A DNA stretch of 64,000 nucleotides, from NCBI GenBank assembly GCA_965250285.1, contig OZ252299.1, positions 4,832,001 through 4,896,000 of the forward strand, written 5' to 3'. Position numbers and translations under genes: made by a program. The stretch is from Myxococcota bacterium. Lineage in GTDB: Bacteria > Myxococcota_A > UBA9160 > UBA4427. Below are positions 62,480-64,000 of the stretch, piece after piece; position 1 is the stretch's first letter, and each line of letters opens with the position of its first letter. The notes below the pieces were generated by a model. The model saw only the letters and a program-made list of their open reading frames with translations. It was not told the origin of the DNA and made no database searches.

Positions 62480-62641
62480 GGGCGCGGGCGAGCAGCCGCG
62501 TTTGGTGCACTCACGTGGGGCGGAGCGGCTTCGCGCGTGGCTCGAGCACGAACGCCGGGCGCGGGCGAGCAGCCGCGTTGGGTGCGCCCACGTGCAGCGG
62601 AGCGGCTTCGCGCGTGGCTCGAGCACGAACGCCGGGCGCGG
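62480..62641. repeat. 77-bp tandem duplication (2.1 copies, 5 mismatches)
   Basis: 62480-62556 vs 62557-62633; mismatches are clustered at 62503-62519. Confidence 0.92.
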
Positions 62642-62718
62642 TCACGAGGACCGGCCCGGCGCAACATGCTCGACCCAGGCGTCGCGCGCAGAGCGCAGGC
62701 GACGCATGTGGAGCCGAA

Positions 62719-62752
62719 GCTCGGGCGAGGCGACCCGCGCCAACGCCCGAGC
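62719..62752 (-). terminator. Hairpin immediately after the atpE stop
   Basis: GCTCGGGCG/CGCCCGAGC 9-bp stem starting 6 nt after the stop; short U tract. Confidence 0.5.
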
Positions 62753-62757
62753 GTGGA

Positions 62758-63066
62758 TCAGGCCTTGCCAGCGAGCTGGAAGGCGATCACGAGACCGTAG
62801 ATCGCGATCGACTCGATGAGCACCATGCCGAGGATGAAGTTGACGAAGAGCGCGCCGGCCGAGCCGGGGTTGCGCGCGATGCCGGCGGTGGTGTTGCCGG
62901 CGGTCAGGCCCTGGCCGATGCCGCAGCCGAGGCCCGCGAGGCCGACGGCCAGGCCGGCGCCGAGGCCGGGACCCATGCTGCTGCCACCACCATCGGCCGC
63001 GAAGGCGACGGCGGGCACCGTGAGGGCGACGAGCGTCCAGAGGGCAAGGCGAATGAAGCTACGCAT
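62758..63066 (-). CDS. atpE: F0 ATP synthase subunit c with signal-peptide-like N-terminal extension
   Basis: GLAGLGCGIGQG, IARNP and LIESIAIYGLVIA. Confidence 0.96.
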   Translation of the reverse strand: MRSFIRLALWTLVALTVPAVAFAADGGGSSMGPGLGAGLAVGLAGLGCGIGQGLTAGNTTAGIARNPGSAGALFVNFILGMVLIESIAIYGLVIAFQLAGKA

Positions 63067-63140
63067 TTGGTTTTCCTTGTGGATGGCTTCTCGTTTCGAT
63101 CGAGAAGGGTCGAGCAGGTTGAGTGAAGAACTCGCTTGGA

Positions 63141-63857
63141 TCAGTGGGACTCTTCGAGGGCCTCACCGATGTAGATCATGGTCAGCAGCGCGAACACCGC
63201 CGCCTGCAGGAAGCTCACGAGCAGGCCGAGACCGAGAAAGATCGCCGGCACGACGATGGGCACGAGGCCCAGCCACGTCACGACCACCGCGTGGTCGGCG
63301 AACATGTTCGCAACGAGACGAATCGACAGGGTTGCGATGCGCGCGAGGTGGAGCACCGATTCGAGCGGCAGAAAGAGCGGGGCCAGCAGACGCACGTGCC
63401 AGACCTTGCCCCCGATCGTCGGCGCCCAGAGCGACGGACCCATCAGGTGGTAGATGTACTTCCAGCCATGCGCCTTGATGCCGACGAAGTTGTAGACGAC
63501 GAACGAAATGATGGCCCAGGCCAGCGTCGTGTTGAAGTCGCTCGTGCTGCCGAGCATGCCCGGGATCAGGCTCATCACGTTCGAGATGAGCACGAAGAGG
63601 AAGATGGTGCCCACGACGGGGAAGTAGCGGCGGTAGTGCTCGCCGATCGTCATCTCGCCGAGGTCGGAGAGCTGCTCGACGATCACCTCCATCGCGTTGC
63701 GAATCGTGAACCCCTCTTCGGGGAGCACGCCGCCATCGGTGCCCATGCCGGCCTTCACACGCATGCCGGTCAGCAGAACGAGCACCGCCGCGAACAGCGC
63801 CGAAATCAGGACCCACGGCACGTGCAGGATGTGTTCGAGATTCAAAAAGACGTTCAT
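63141..63857 (-). CDS. atpB: F0 ATP synthase subunit a
   Basis: FLFVLISN..SLIPG, TSDFNTT, TLSIRLVANMFADH and LQAAVFALLT..YI. Confidence 0.95.
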   Translation of the reverse strand: MNVFLNLEHILHVPWVLISALFAAVLVLLTGMRVKAGMGTDGGVLPEEGFTIRNAMEVIVEQLSDLGEMTIGEHYRRYFPVVGTIFLFVLISNVMSLIPGMLGSTSDFNTTLAWAIISFVVYNFVGIKAHGWKYIYHLMGPSLWAPTIGGKVWHVRLLAPLFLPLESVLHLARIATLSIRLVANMFADHAVVVTWLGLVPIVVPAIFLGLGLLVSFLQAAVFALLTMIYIGEALEESH

Positions 63858-64000
63858 CGCTCGATCTGCCTCTCGGCGCCTTCGGCGCCGCCGTCTTCGT
63901 TGTCGCTCTCGTCTTCTTCTTCGCCGTCGTCGTCGCTCTGCGCGTCGCGCAGCTCGGCGGCCAGGTCGGCTTCTTCATCGAGGGCCGTCGGTCGCCAGAT
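63854..64000 (-). CDS. 3' end of a gene upstream of atpB with an acidic tail (AtpI-like by position); partial
   Basis: IWRPTALDEEADLAAELRDAQSDDDGEEEDESDNEDGGAEGAERQIER* with the TGA overlapping the atpB ATG. Confidence 0.65.
   Translation of the reverse strand: MWRPTALDEEADLAAELRDAQSDDDGEEEDESDNEDGGAEGAERQIER

Overview
High-GC bacterial chromosomal segment. A Myxococcota/deltaproteobacteria-like lineage is my inference from the separate atpB-atpE unit, the PEP-CTERM/exosortase system and the sterol reductase homolog. Housekeeping genes (stand-alone rplC, rlmE, mfd, surA-type PPIase, uvrA, tmk, atpE, atpB) frame about 27 kb of accessory metabolic genes between mfd and surA: an AraC regulator, arylsulfatase, outer-membrane barrel, a frameshifted MBL hydrolase, an ERG4/ERG24-family sterol reductase, a paraoxonase-like lactonase, a Rieske oxygenase, SDRs, a P450, an MFS transporter and an Fpg-like glycosylase. 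A cell-surface glycan locus follows: degenerate CPBP protein, exosortase-EpsI fusion, secreted repeat protein, methyltransferase, a sulfotransferase/coiled-coil/GT2/GT4 giant protein, Wzm/Wzt and a GT2. I recognised no rRNA, tRNA, CRISPR array, integrase, transposase or reverse transcriptase. The most unusual signals are non-coding. (1) Tandem 'echoes' of gene ends, including the stop codon, recur at rlmE, the DUF4184 gene, the MFS gene, the GT2 gene and tmk, at different stages of divergence; there is also one echo of an RBS plus start codon. (2) A highly structured ~160-nt element between atpE and tmk resembles an IS110-type non-coding end (bridge-RNA-like) but has no recombinase. All alignments and counts were done by hand.
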